64,000 nt of DNA from Paragordius varius (taxonomy: Eukaryota > Animalia > Nematomorpha). The notes under the pieces are model-generated. The model ran no database searches and was not told the origin of the DNA. It saw only the letters and a program-made list of their open reading frames with translations. The DNA is taken from contig OZ176057.1 in the NCBI GenBank assembly GCA_964247055.1, positions 4,774,001 through 4,838,000 on the forward strand, in the 5' to 3' direction. Each line of letters opens with the position of its first letter. Positions within the stretch are counted from its first letter, which is position 1. Of this stretch, positions 38,585 to 50,306 are shown piece by piece. The position numbers and the translations under genes were made by a program.

Positions 38585-39860
38585 TATATTTCAGATTTGC
38601 ATAACAATTAGTTATCAATGTAAAACTAAAAAAATAATTTTCCTAAAAATTAAAAAACGGCAAATCATAGTAATATTTACCTGTATATATCAATGTATAA
38701 AAAATATATAGTAATTAATAAATTAGCAAGGTTGAACATAAAATTTTACTAATTTATAAAAACCGCAATTTTCCCCTGTTTTTTAAATGTCTAAACTATT
38801 TAGTAATTATTAACAATGCAAAATACAAAAAATGTTAAAAATTTGTTAAAAACCGCCATTTTTACCTGTTATTAAAATGTCCAAAATACGTAGTAATTAA
38901 TTACAATTAACAATGTTAAATAAAAAAAACAAAAAAAATTCAATTTTTACTAAATTTGATAAAAACCGCACTTTTTACCTGTATTTATTATAATGTCCAA
39001 AATATGTAGTAATTAATTACAACTAACAATGCAAAACCTAAAAAACAAAAAAAAACTCACTTTTTACTAAATTTGTTAAAAACCGCATTTACTTGTATTT
39101 ATCATAATGTCCAAAATATGTAGTAATTAATTACAATTAACAATGCAAAACCTAAAAAACAAAAAAATTAAATTTACTAAATTTGTAAAAACCGCAATTT
39201 TTACCTGTATTTATTAAAATGTCCAAAATATGTAGTAATTGATTACAATTAACAATGTTACATAAAAAAACAAAAAAATTAAATTTGACTAAATTTAAAA
39301 ACCGAATATTTACCTGATTAAAATGTCTGAAATACTTAAAAATTATTAATAATTAACAATGCAAAACATAAAAGACAAAAATCTAGATTATACTTAAATT
39401 ATCACAAATATATAATTACCTGTTTTTTTAATTAGTTATAACAACTATATAAAATTATAATACCAAGATTGATTAAAGGTATTTAGCATGTTAAAAAATA
39501 TTTATTATTAAATTTAGGAATAATTAACATAAAATATCCAAAAATACTTATTTTACTATTTAATTTATCAACGAAAAAAAACTCACAAAATTCCGCATCT
39601 AAATACGTAACAACAATATTACAAATGTTAACATAAATTGCTATAATATTCTCATTTAACATTACAACATATCCATCAAATTAAAGCCTATGTTAATTCT
39701 CACGTCAATGTTCTTTCATATGTGTACTACGAAATAATTTCGTGGGTCAGTATTTTACACATTAAATAAACCATTTATGTTATTTGACTGGCAATAAAAT
39801 TACTGAACATACATTAAAATGCATACTGTAATCTAGAATCTTATTAATAAATTTAAATAA

Positions 39861-41965
39861 CAGAATGCGCACAAAAAAATAAACGAAGATGGGTTTAATC
39901 TAGAATAATAAGAAATCCCTTTTGGAAAAGACCCCATAATAGTAGGGGCAAAAATGCACCCCAAAATGAAAATAGTCCATTTTTTAATTTTTGACTAAAA
40001 ATAGATTTTTGTCCATATTTTTTAAACTTTTTGAGCAAACACGATAAAACTTTTATATTATATATAAAACCTAATAAATTCTTAAGGAAAATACATAAAA
40101 TTATTTTAAAGTAACATTAATTTTTTAATTTCAGAAAAATAGAAATTCCGTAAATTTTATGACATTGTGGAAATATATTATAAAAATTATTTGTAAAGAT
40201 TCCATATTGTTATTATTATTTAAGTTTTTATGACTTATACATAACATACCAAAGAGTTGGTATATATAATAAAGGCTTTGTATCTTTTTAGTCCCCAAAA
40301 ATTTTTATTTTTGAATTTTTTTCGTTATTTTTGTTTCATTTTCCTCACATGCTTCGCACTGTTTCATAAATACATAAATCCGCTCTTTTTAAATGCGAAT
40401 AAAAAAACCAATAAAACTTCAAGATTATGAAATTCCCAATACATTACTTTGGATAAATGTAAATATATTATTTAATATATAGATAATAAATTAAATTAAA
40501 GACCTTTGATATACAGAAGGCAGCATCGGAAATATAAGGAGCTTTTTTACTGCCATGCAATTTAAAATTTTAAGTAAAATCTAATTGTAAAGAATAAGAT
40601 TAATGGCAGATTGAGTTTTACGTATATTTTCTTCATATAATTTCATTTAAATCCAATTTTCCTTGCACCAAAGTTATTCAGACATTTTTAAATTATCTAC
40701 TTCCAGAAACACTATTGCTCAAATTATAAATCAAAAAAATATTACAATTATTATATTAAACTGATAATAAATGGATTTCTTTTTATTCAATAGAATTTTT
40801 AGCTTTCTTTTACAATAAGAATATATAATTTGTTTCTACAAAATTTTATTTTAACTATGTTCTGGTCTTACCAATATAGTGTCAAATACAAACTAGCTTC
40901 AAACACTCTCAGCTATTCGATAATGAATTTGATTATGAAACAATAAATATAAACATTAATGTTGCTCTCGATCGCACATCTTGGAGAAAAAAATACGACA
41001 AGCTTTAACTCTGAAGATAGTCTAACCCAAAAAAACACTTCAAATACCTATAAGAATTTTAATTTATTTATACACAATGAATATTATTAGTTAGACATAA
41101 AATGATTCATTTCAATTATTCACCAATTGGAACTATTATAGTTTTTTTCTATATGCTGAGCGTTTGATGGAACCGTTCTCCAGGTCTGTACCCCTCCTAC
41201 GGAATTAGTATAATTACCTTGCAATGAACTAATTTCTCAGCAAAATGCATATTTTAATAGGTAATTATTTGTTCAGTTATTTTAATCAAATTTGTAATTC
41301 TATGATACCTTCCACATATATAGCAGAAAAGGTCTTTATTCAATTTGCAATTGAATTTATTAACTATGTTATTAAATAATATATATTTATACCTTTATCC
41401 AAAGTAATGGGAATTTCATGATCTTGAAGTTTTATTGGTTTTTATTGCATTTGAAAATAGTGGATTTATATATTTATGAAACAATGTAAGCATGTGAGGA
41501 AAATGAAACAAAAATAACAAAAAAAATTCAAACTTACAAATTTTTTGAGGGACTTAAAAAGATACAAAGCCTTTATTATATATGCCAACTCTTTGGTATG
41601 TTATAAGTCATAAACTTAAATATAATAACAATATGGAGTCTTTACAATAATTTTTTTATAATATAATTCGACAATGTCATAATATTTACGAATTTCTATT
41701 TTTGTGTAAAAAATTTGTTGATACTCTAAAATAATTTTATGTATCTTAAAAATTTATTTGGTTTTTAATATAAAAAGTTTTATTTGTTTGCTCAATAAGT
41801 TTAAAAAATATGGACAAAAATCTATTTTTAGTCAAAAATGAAAAAATGTATTTTGGGGCGCATTTTTGACACTAAATTTTTGGGTACTCCTGGTCCAAGG
41901 GATTCATAATTCTAGATAAAACTCATGTTACTTTATTTTTTTACCCCACTTTTTTGCGCACAGTG
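39861..41965. mobile_element. Second foldback/long-TIR element (about 650-bp arms, CACTGTGCGC terminus)
   Basis: About 39861-40520 is the reverse complement of about 41310-41965. Right end TTTTTGCGCACAGTG|TA; left end degenerate (CAGAATGCGCAC). Unique spacer of about 800 bp. Confidence 0.82.
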
Positions 41966-43163
41966 TAATACATAAATTTCTATATCAGCAGTAGAAAATA
42001 TTATATGAGGTTAAATAAAAAAATAGTATTTTATTGTGAATACTGTAAAATCCATTACTTTTACAATATTAAATTTAATATTGTGAGATAATTGTATTAA
42101 TGTTCCAGATCAATGACAGCATAAAAACATAATCTGTATTTAAAGATGCATGTCATTTCTTAATTTCGATTATTTCCCGAGTAGTGTCTTTATGAGGGTT
42201 TTTATATATTTTTAATGACTTATTTTTGTGTTTTGCTCTGGTAGCCTTTGAAGGTGTTTTATTATCGCTATTATACAGGTTAGTATATTCATTTATTATA
42301 CTCATACATCTACCGTTTCCGTTTGCCCCTATACACAATTGGTTACAGAAAACAGGTAGCCTGATATATTCTTGGCAATCTCTCATGCTATATCAGATCT
42401 TTGTATCTAATGCGATTAATTATATTGGACATTGATCAAATATCGAGAAGGTATATAGATAGAGGTCTTCGTGAAAAAATTGAAATACAAGCTTTTTATA
42501 TAAAGTTTGCGTATTTAAATAGATTTGGGATTATGCAATGTTATTATTTTTGGTAGAAAACAATCCTACCGCTATAAAAAATAATTTAGGTCTAATCTCG
42601 GCATTTTTGCTTTTTTAAGATGTTTTAGAGACAGGTGATTGGGATTTCCGTGTACCCATGTTTAAACTTTAAATTTTATGAAAATATTGTTTTCCCTTTA
42701 TAATAATTAATAATATATTCTATTGATATTTTTTGTAAAGCTTTTAGCTTTTACCAAAAAAAATATTAACACAGAAGCGCCCTATCTTTGCGATTTTACG
42801 ATATCGAATAATCACCCTAAAAAGCAAATAATTTTTTTATATTATACGTAAGCTTTGAAACCAAATGCACCATGAGAATACTATTCATTTATCTATAAGA
42901 ATATATATATTTCATCGGAATATAATTTATATCTTCTAATTGTGTCAGTGTACAATTTAATTTAAAGTTTGTTAAAAATATTTATAATTTATTTACCTAA
43001 TAAATAAAATCGAGCATTTTGGTATTAATTTCAATATCATCTTAAATTGTATTTATAATTGTCTCATTAATGATAATAATTAGATAAAATTTGTTAAAAA
43101 TTATTTAAAATATGGACGATCAAAATTATACAGAAATGTAAAAAGATTTTTTTAACTTAGATT

Positions 43164-43195
<32 letters not shown>

Positions 43196-43464
43196 ATATA
43201 TATAAATATGCGAATGATTATGGCTCTGAAAATATAGGCATCTTAATACCAAAACAACATTTATATAAAATCAACAAATATATATATATATATCTGCATA
43301 GAAAAATTAATCTTTTACTTTTTACCGACTTTTTAATTAAATTTTTGCTGTATAATCAAGGCGTATTATTAGCTTTACAATTAATTATAGTTGAGAATCA
43401 TAATTTATTCCATGTTAAGTAACTAGATTTATATTAGTGGTGTTTAAGCCTATAATAATTATTA

Positions 43465-44080
43465 TTTATATATTTATAAAAATGGAAAATGCTGGATTTG
43501 TGATCTGGTACAGGAAAACTGGTAGACCCATTCAAACCCAAACTTCGAAAAAATATAATCATTAATGAATGCCCCGACAATAGCTTCGCCTTTTTTTGAA
43601 ATTGGCCCCCAGTTCGGGCCTACTCCGTGTGAAAAATGGGTTAAGTCAATTTTTTGGAGAACGTGTTGGACCATTCAATTTCAAATATGATTTTTGTTTA
43701 CTTGATCGCGCTGAACATAGTCGACTCACTTTTTTGATTTAGGCCCTCTTTTTACCCGCTCCCCCCGTAAAATGCCATTTTTTTCAAAAAACAAAGTCCA
43801 CAAAAATAATTTTTTAATTCTATTTTTCGCCCTAGGTATGAGACCGTAAAAATTCAATATGGATTCCACGTATTCCCTGTTAAAAGGCAAAAATTTTAGT
43901 CAGGTGTTTCTCTGATGATAGCTGCCTGGTAAGGAGCTACCCGCTAAAAACTGATTCCTCATGTAACTTTGTGATCTGGTACCGGAAAACCGGTAGACCC
44001 ATTCAAATCCAAACTTCGAACCCCCCCCCAGAAGTCCGAAGGACTTCCTCGGGCTGCGTAGCAGCACAGACTTACGCTAG
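43465..44080 (+). mobile_element. Complete non-autonomous Helitron (616 bp)
   Basis: A|TTTATATATTTATAAAAATGG (TC mutated to TT) ... CTAG|T with no TSD. Hairpins GAAGTCC-GAA-GGACTTC (44031-44047) and GCTGC-GTA-GCAGC (44053-44065), the latter ending 11 nt before CTAG. Absent from the matching site in copy 1 (about 23805). Confidence 0.85.
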
Positions 44081-45587
44081 TATATCTTATAAAAGAGCGA
44101 TGCCACCAAAATATAGCACATTAATATACACCGCAAAACATCATATTCTAAAAATTTGAAGGATTTCGATTGTTTATATCCAATCTGACTTAAAAATATA
44201 AAATTATAGTAAAATTTGATATTATACATACAAAACATAAAAATGTAAAGGTGTTTTTTTGCAAAAGAGAGCCATACTTTTTCAAATGTTAATTTAACCT
44301 ATAAAGTTTTTTTATACATAATTTATTGTGTTACCAATTTATATCTCTTTTATACTTTGCCATTTAAAACAATAAGTTTTATTTAATAAATCAATATTTG
44401 AAACGATTGAAATGATTTTTATTAGATAAATTAACGTTTAAAAAGTATGGTTGTCGTTTGAAAAAATTTGTCCTAATATTTTGCCGTTTTGTCCGTATAA
44501 TCTCGTAAAAACATAAGTAATGATGCCACCAAAAAAAAATAAATAAAATACCTGTTTGACACGTGGCAATAACCATTAATTAAAATGATCATTTAATAAA
44601 TTAGTTAATTATTACCAATTCAATCTACAATTTGCATGATAACTAAATAATTTAATTCCCCTATATAAATTATTATCAATAAATAATCTAAATCTCATCG
44701 TCTTTAACCCAGTCAGAGCGATGCCTTAGTTTAATAGTAATCGGTCTAAATATATGAATTTGCCATTTTATAAGATAATGTACACTTAAAGGAAATGAAA
44801 TTATTTAATAAAGAATGCATTACCAAACAAAACATAAAATTTGATTTGGAAACTGGAATACATGCAACTATATCTTAGTACCAGAGTTCCAAGTCTGTCT
44901 CTCCTTCTTCAACCAATTATCTTGAAAAAAAGGAACATTTTTTAAATGGTTTTGTGGTGCCAAAAAATCCTTTTGTAAAATAATATAAGCGTACAAACTT
45001 AAAATAAGATGTTATCCGATAAAAACTATGATTCTGATAAGATAGGTAAAGTATTTAATACTTTTTATCCAAAATCAAAAAAAATTAAAATCAATTTTAA
45101 AATCAATTTTAAAAATAAAATTTTCAAGAACCGTTCTGTAACTGCTGATCCAAAAAAATGGTTTCTGGACCGCTTTAAGTGTAATTACATCGTTCGACCT
45201 TAGTTAACATCATTTTAAAACATGGGCAATATTAGTATTAATATTTATTTTAAAATTCAGTGTAGGTCGCAGTTTATATCAATGAAATATTGTTTAAAAC
45301 ATATGAACATGATAAATCCTCATTTTGATAATTTGATATGTGTAATGTATTCAATAAATAATGATTTATGAAAGGCTAGAAATTTAAACTATTTATCTAT
45401 TTAAGTGTTGTTTTATCTTTCAAGGATGTTAATTATGGGATTATATGTTTTTTTTTGGCATATTTTTGATAAATATATCCACATGCCAACATCGAATGGC
45501 ATAATAATATATAAATGCGTTTTAAACTCTATGATTTAGTTATCGTATATTTTATCGCAACAAACAAACTTACTACAACTCCTTGAA

Positions 45588-46697
45588 ATGGTTAAAATAA
45601 TGAAATTTTTATTTTTGGTGTGCCTTAGTGTTTGTCTTTTCAACGGTCTTTGCGGCGAAGTTGAACATCCCAAAGAGTCTGAAGGGCCTCAAATACATCA
45701 TGTCGGTAAATAATTCGATTTTATTTTTTTTGAATAAAGCACAAAAAATCCTTGGCTATATAAAATTTTAGGATTGCTAATATTTTTATTGTCAACTGAA
45801 TTATCACTAAATATAGTATTCCCTTGTTAATACGGGTATATAAGAAGTTTCCCAAAATAAATGTTTTAAGCTTTTGCTTTCTATGATATAACCATTCAAA
45901 AAATAAATTCCATAACTTTCAAACCATAAATTAGAATTTTAATGCACAAATAACTAATATATATGCGAAAAAACATTTACTCATAAAAAATAATATTGTT
46001 ACCAATTTTCATCCTACTTATTATTGCGCATTCCAAAACGTCATATTTAACTGTAAATAAAATATATTCACAACTCGTAAAAACTAAAAACAAGCACCAT
46101 TTTTGTTAAAAAGACAACCATACTTTATAAAATCTGATTTTTTTAATTTAATTTCAATTATATAAAATTATAAAAAATTGTTTTAACACTCTTAACTTTA
46201 TTTAACTTAAAAGCACCGAGTTATATTAAATAATTATAAAATAGTATGGGTGTCTTTCAAAAAAGTTTGTTAATAGTAAATTTACACTACCTTAAATAAT
46301 ATTGATTATTGTTATTTTATATTTTTACTGTTTGCCAAATTTACAGTTAAACGCGGTAACTTTAAGCTTTTTGAAAAATCATTAATTCATCTGGCGAATT
46401 ATATATATTCTAAAAATACTAATGTCTAATAGTTTTGCTATAAAAAATTTAAATATATTGTGTAATTTTTGTACAAATATTTAAAAACTTAAAGAAAATT
46501 TTAATCCCAATGATAACAAAAATAAGTAGAATTTTTAAGTTAACACAGGTGTTAAATGTTTTATTCTCAAAAATTATAATAAATATCTATATAATTTTTA
46601 ATTTTATTTAGATTGTCCTGGTGTGCCATGTGCTTTGAATTGCCAACGTGGGTTCAAACGGGATCATAGAGGTTGTCAAGTCTGCGATTGCTTATAA
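45588..46697 (+). CDS. Secreted 67-aa antistasin-type peptide, paralog B
   Basis: Exons 45588-45705 and 46612-46697 give MVKIMKFLFLVCLSVCLFNGLCGEVEHPKESEGPQIHHVDCPGVPCALNCQRGFKRDHRGCQVCDCL*. Splice sites, all six Cys and the stop are intact. Confidence 0.85.
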
Positions 46698-49062
46698 AAA
46701 AATATTTATAAATGTCACACCGCAAATATATGCTTTATCCATCTTCAAAAATTTTTGGGTTTTTTTTATTAACCTAAATAAATTTTATTACGCATTCGCA
46801 TAAATTTATTAACTTATTTACTGAAGCTGAAGAAAATTTCTATATATTAACAGAGGTTTTTCAAAATACCCTATTAATTAATATATATAATTTTTGGTTG
46901 AAAAATTATCAGATAAGTGCATTGCATCTAGTTTGGGGGCTCCGAAAAAAAAAGTTATGATTTTTTTGATAATAAAGTTAAAATTCAATGCCTTTTGGGA
47001 TAGTCGATTCCAACCTGAATTTAATTAAAAATAGAATTTAATTAGTACTCCAGAATTTTTTTAGGCTTTTTTTGTAACAAAAAAAACTGCGAAATAGAAA
47101 ATTAATTAAATTTGAAATGTTTTTGATCATATTAGGATCGCAAAATATTTGATAACAGTAAAAACTAATATGCGGACAAAGCGTAAAAATATAATAGGAA
47201 AAATATTTTTTTACAAAAGACAGCCATATTTTTTTGACCGTTAGTTTTTCTCCTATAAATAATTGATACTTTGAAATAAACAATATATATTTAAAAGGTC
47301 AAGATTTGAAAAAGATGATGCTTTTTAGAAAAAAAAATTTGTCTTTATAATTTTACGTTTTGTTCGTATGAATCCAATTTTTACTGTGTTATAAATATCA
47401 ACTGGTGGTTTGTAGTGTTAAATTTTAATTTTAAACTTTAGAATAGATGTCCATTAGCTCACAAAATCATAGCAATTTTACTAATTATTCCATCCAATTA
47501 ACCACCAACTAAAAAATATTGTTTTCCATCCAATTGTCAACCAACTAAAAAATATTGTTATATTGTGTTTGCATTTTAAAATCTTACGTTTGAAATCTAA
47601 TGAATTAATTATTAAAGCCCATTTATTACAAATAAACCAGGTAGGCCATTTGTGTTGGACGTCCCTATTAAAAAAATACTGGTAATATATGATCTTAAAA
47701 AACTCAATTTATTATAGGGTGAGTTTGATTTTTTAGGGGTAGTTTGCATTGTTTAAGGGTGAATTTGAAGTGTAAATGGTATATTTGCGATTTGCTGTCA
47801 TCAACTATTATATTTCAATTAAAATTACTACTGAGTTTAAAATCTAAATATTTGAAACCTTGTTCCTGATATATATGATAATTTTTGGCTTATATCAAAA
47901 TACAATTGCATAAAGCTCATAAAACTCAATTAAATATTTAAAATTTTTACTGAATACTTATGATATATATTATCAAGGATAGAGATATCATGTTTTAACA
48001 TATATAAACTTAATTTCTTGTGGTCTAAACAAAATATAATAACGCATGTTTGGATATTAACGGATGAATACAACATAACCTAATGTAAATTATAATTTTG
48101 ACAATATAAGACCTTAATGTCAAAAAATATATTATGCCAATTGAATGATATATAAACATAGTTAGCCAATTTTGATGACAAAAAATTTAAATGTTGAACA
48201 AAAACCTTTTTAACGATAAATCATAAGCGTGTTTATAATTATATTAGTGCCATTAACGAAAATTAAAATTTACTAGTTTAAAAAGGTGTTTTGAAGCTAC
48301 AGAAACCCAACAAAGTTTCTCTTATAAACACATATTCTTTCAAGCAAGACAAAGCATTTCTATTGTCGAATGTAGAGTTTGAAATTTTCCAATATTGGAG
48401 TAGATTGGTCTGTTGGGCAACAAATATTGAACGGATTATTCAGCGTTGATTATATTAAAAACTGATTGATTAAATTACAATACAAAACGGAAATTGTATT
48501 TATAGACTTAATTTAACATATATTAATTAGAAAAGAAAATTTATAAGAGTTATCTGGTCTAATTGGCCCTTGAATAGTCCGGGAACAGAGTATTTAGGAT
48601 ATAAAGGTGGACTAAAAACGTGATTTTATCGATATCGTTTAAAAAAGCGGGTAATTTCTAATCCAAAAAGCGTAGTTGTAAAATTGGCGTTTGATTATAA
48701 GCTTGAATAGACATTATAACTGATAATATATATTCAGATATTTTTAGCCCCGTGTTACAATAATACCTCTAAACATGTCGAACAGTACACACCCATACAT
48801 ATATTAAAAAATTGAAATTATTCGGACAAAACGTGAAAATTAAAAGACAAATATTTTTTTCCAAAAGACAACCATACTTTATAAATCTTTTGAAGTTTTT
48901 TAAAAAATTGATTGCTTTCAATTGCAAAATATGAAATAGAGATGTATATTATGGTGACAAAATCAATCACATATTTTACGATTGTAAATAAAATATTTTT
49001 TAGGAATTTCAGTAACATTTATTAACGCATAAATACAAATTATGTTTAAATGTCCTTCGATT

Positions 49063-49440
49063 TAAATTGGGGTAATTTGACGTCCCCGGGACTGTTAAAA
49101 AAATATTTTTATTATTTTGTGCATTGAAACCATTTAAAAAGTTTGATCCACGAAAATATAAAAAAATATTTCTCCAATATTTTTTCTGCCAATAAAGTTC
49201 GTAAAGTGATTTTAATAGAATAACTTTATTAGTGATACATTTCAAAAAACATATTTTGCTAAAAATTGTTATTAGATATAGTGCCGATATGATATGTAAT
49301 TTTTTACTTAAAACTAAATTTTATTATATTTCAGCTTATATTAAGCTATTTCCATCAATATAGTAGCATTGTGCTATCGATTGTATATTTGCGGAGAGGT
49401 CTTTAGTTAACCTCCAATTTTTTCGACTATATAATGACGG
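49063..49440 (+). repeat. Dispersed repeat of about 400 bp; diverged direct copy at about 54412-54800
   Basis: Both copies start AATTGGGGT...CCCC.GGACTGT and share ATATTTTGCTAAA and CGATATG blocks. They lie on either side of the TSC22 gene. Confidence 0.5.
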
Positions 49441-49475
49441 AATACGTTTCATGACAAACACTCAACAATAATATA

Positions 49476-49757
49476 CCATTTACAGTTCAAATTCACCCTT
49501 AAACAATTCAAATTCACCCTCGAACAATTCAAAATCACCCTAAAAGAAATTATGTGTTTTTTAAGATTAAAAATTACCTATATTTTTTTATATTTAAAAA
49601 AAATAAATTTACCTGTAAAATATACATATATAATACTGAAAAATAATATGCGATAAGAAAATATTTTATACTAATGATGAGTTATATTAGCCCAAAAACA
49701 AAATTTATTTTTAGGGTGAATTTGAATTGTTCGAGGGTGAAATTGAATTGTAAATGG
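49476..49757. mobile_element. MITE family B, clean full-length copy
   Basis: TA|CCATTTACAGTTC...AATTGTAAATGG|TA. Confidence 0.85.
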
Positions 49758-50306
49758 TATAGTTAAAAATTTAGAGAAAATATATATATATATAGAGGTA
49801 ATCGAATTGAGCAATTTTTATTTTTAAGTAATGTATATGCATAAATTATATCACAAATAAAACATATAATATACAAAAGTATATTTATATAATAATAATA
49901 TTGATAATGTGCTGTTCTCGAACGATATTGTTAGAAAAAAACTAGAAATTTTTTGATTGGCAAAATTTTTTTTAGATATGCTAAACCGTGTGCAATAAAT
50001 ATTTGGTTATAAGGATTTTTCAAAGAAACGTTAGAAGCATATATATATATATATACACATATATAATTTTGTTGTTCATATTAGATATAAATGAATGCAA
50101 ATAACAATATATCGATATTGTATCTTTAAATGCTTAAAAAAGCGAGTGTATGTTAAATATTTTCACCAAAATTAAAGGCTAATTAATGCAAAATGTACAT
50201 CGCAAATATATATTGCCTTTTTCGATTTAGGTTTAAAACTATATCCAAACTGTAGTTTTTTATATGCGACACACAATATTAAGACACAAATATGTTAAAT
50301 TAATCG

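Larger units (their letters stand above)
29298..39830. mobile_element. Foldback-type element with about 1.2-1.3-kb inverted arms containing tandem subrepeats of about 105-120 bp
   Basis: 29298-30609 is the reverse complement of 38607-39828. Right end is CATTAAAATGCATACTG|TA; the left end lacks the terminal CAGTATGC. 6-8 subrepeats per arm are anchored on ATATTTTGGACATT / AATGTCCAAAAT. Confidence 0.88.
28900..48420 (+). repeat. Tandem segmental duplication, copy 2, expanded by TE insertions
   Basis: Host-derived pieces 28900-29299, 39829-39860 and about 41970-48420 are in the same order as copy 1. The equivalent of about 21233-22420 (last two UBR3 exons) is missing. Confidence 0.82.
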
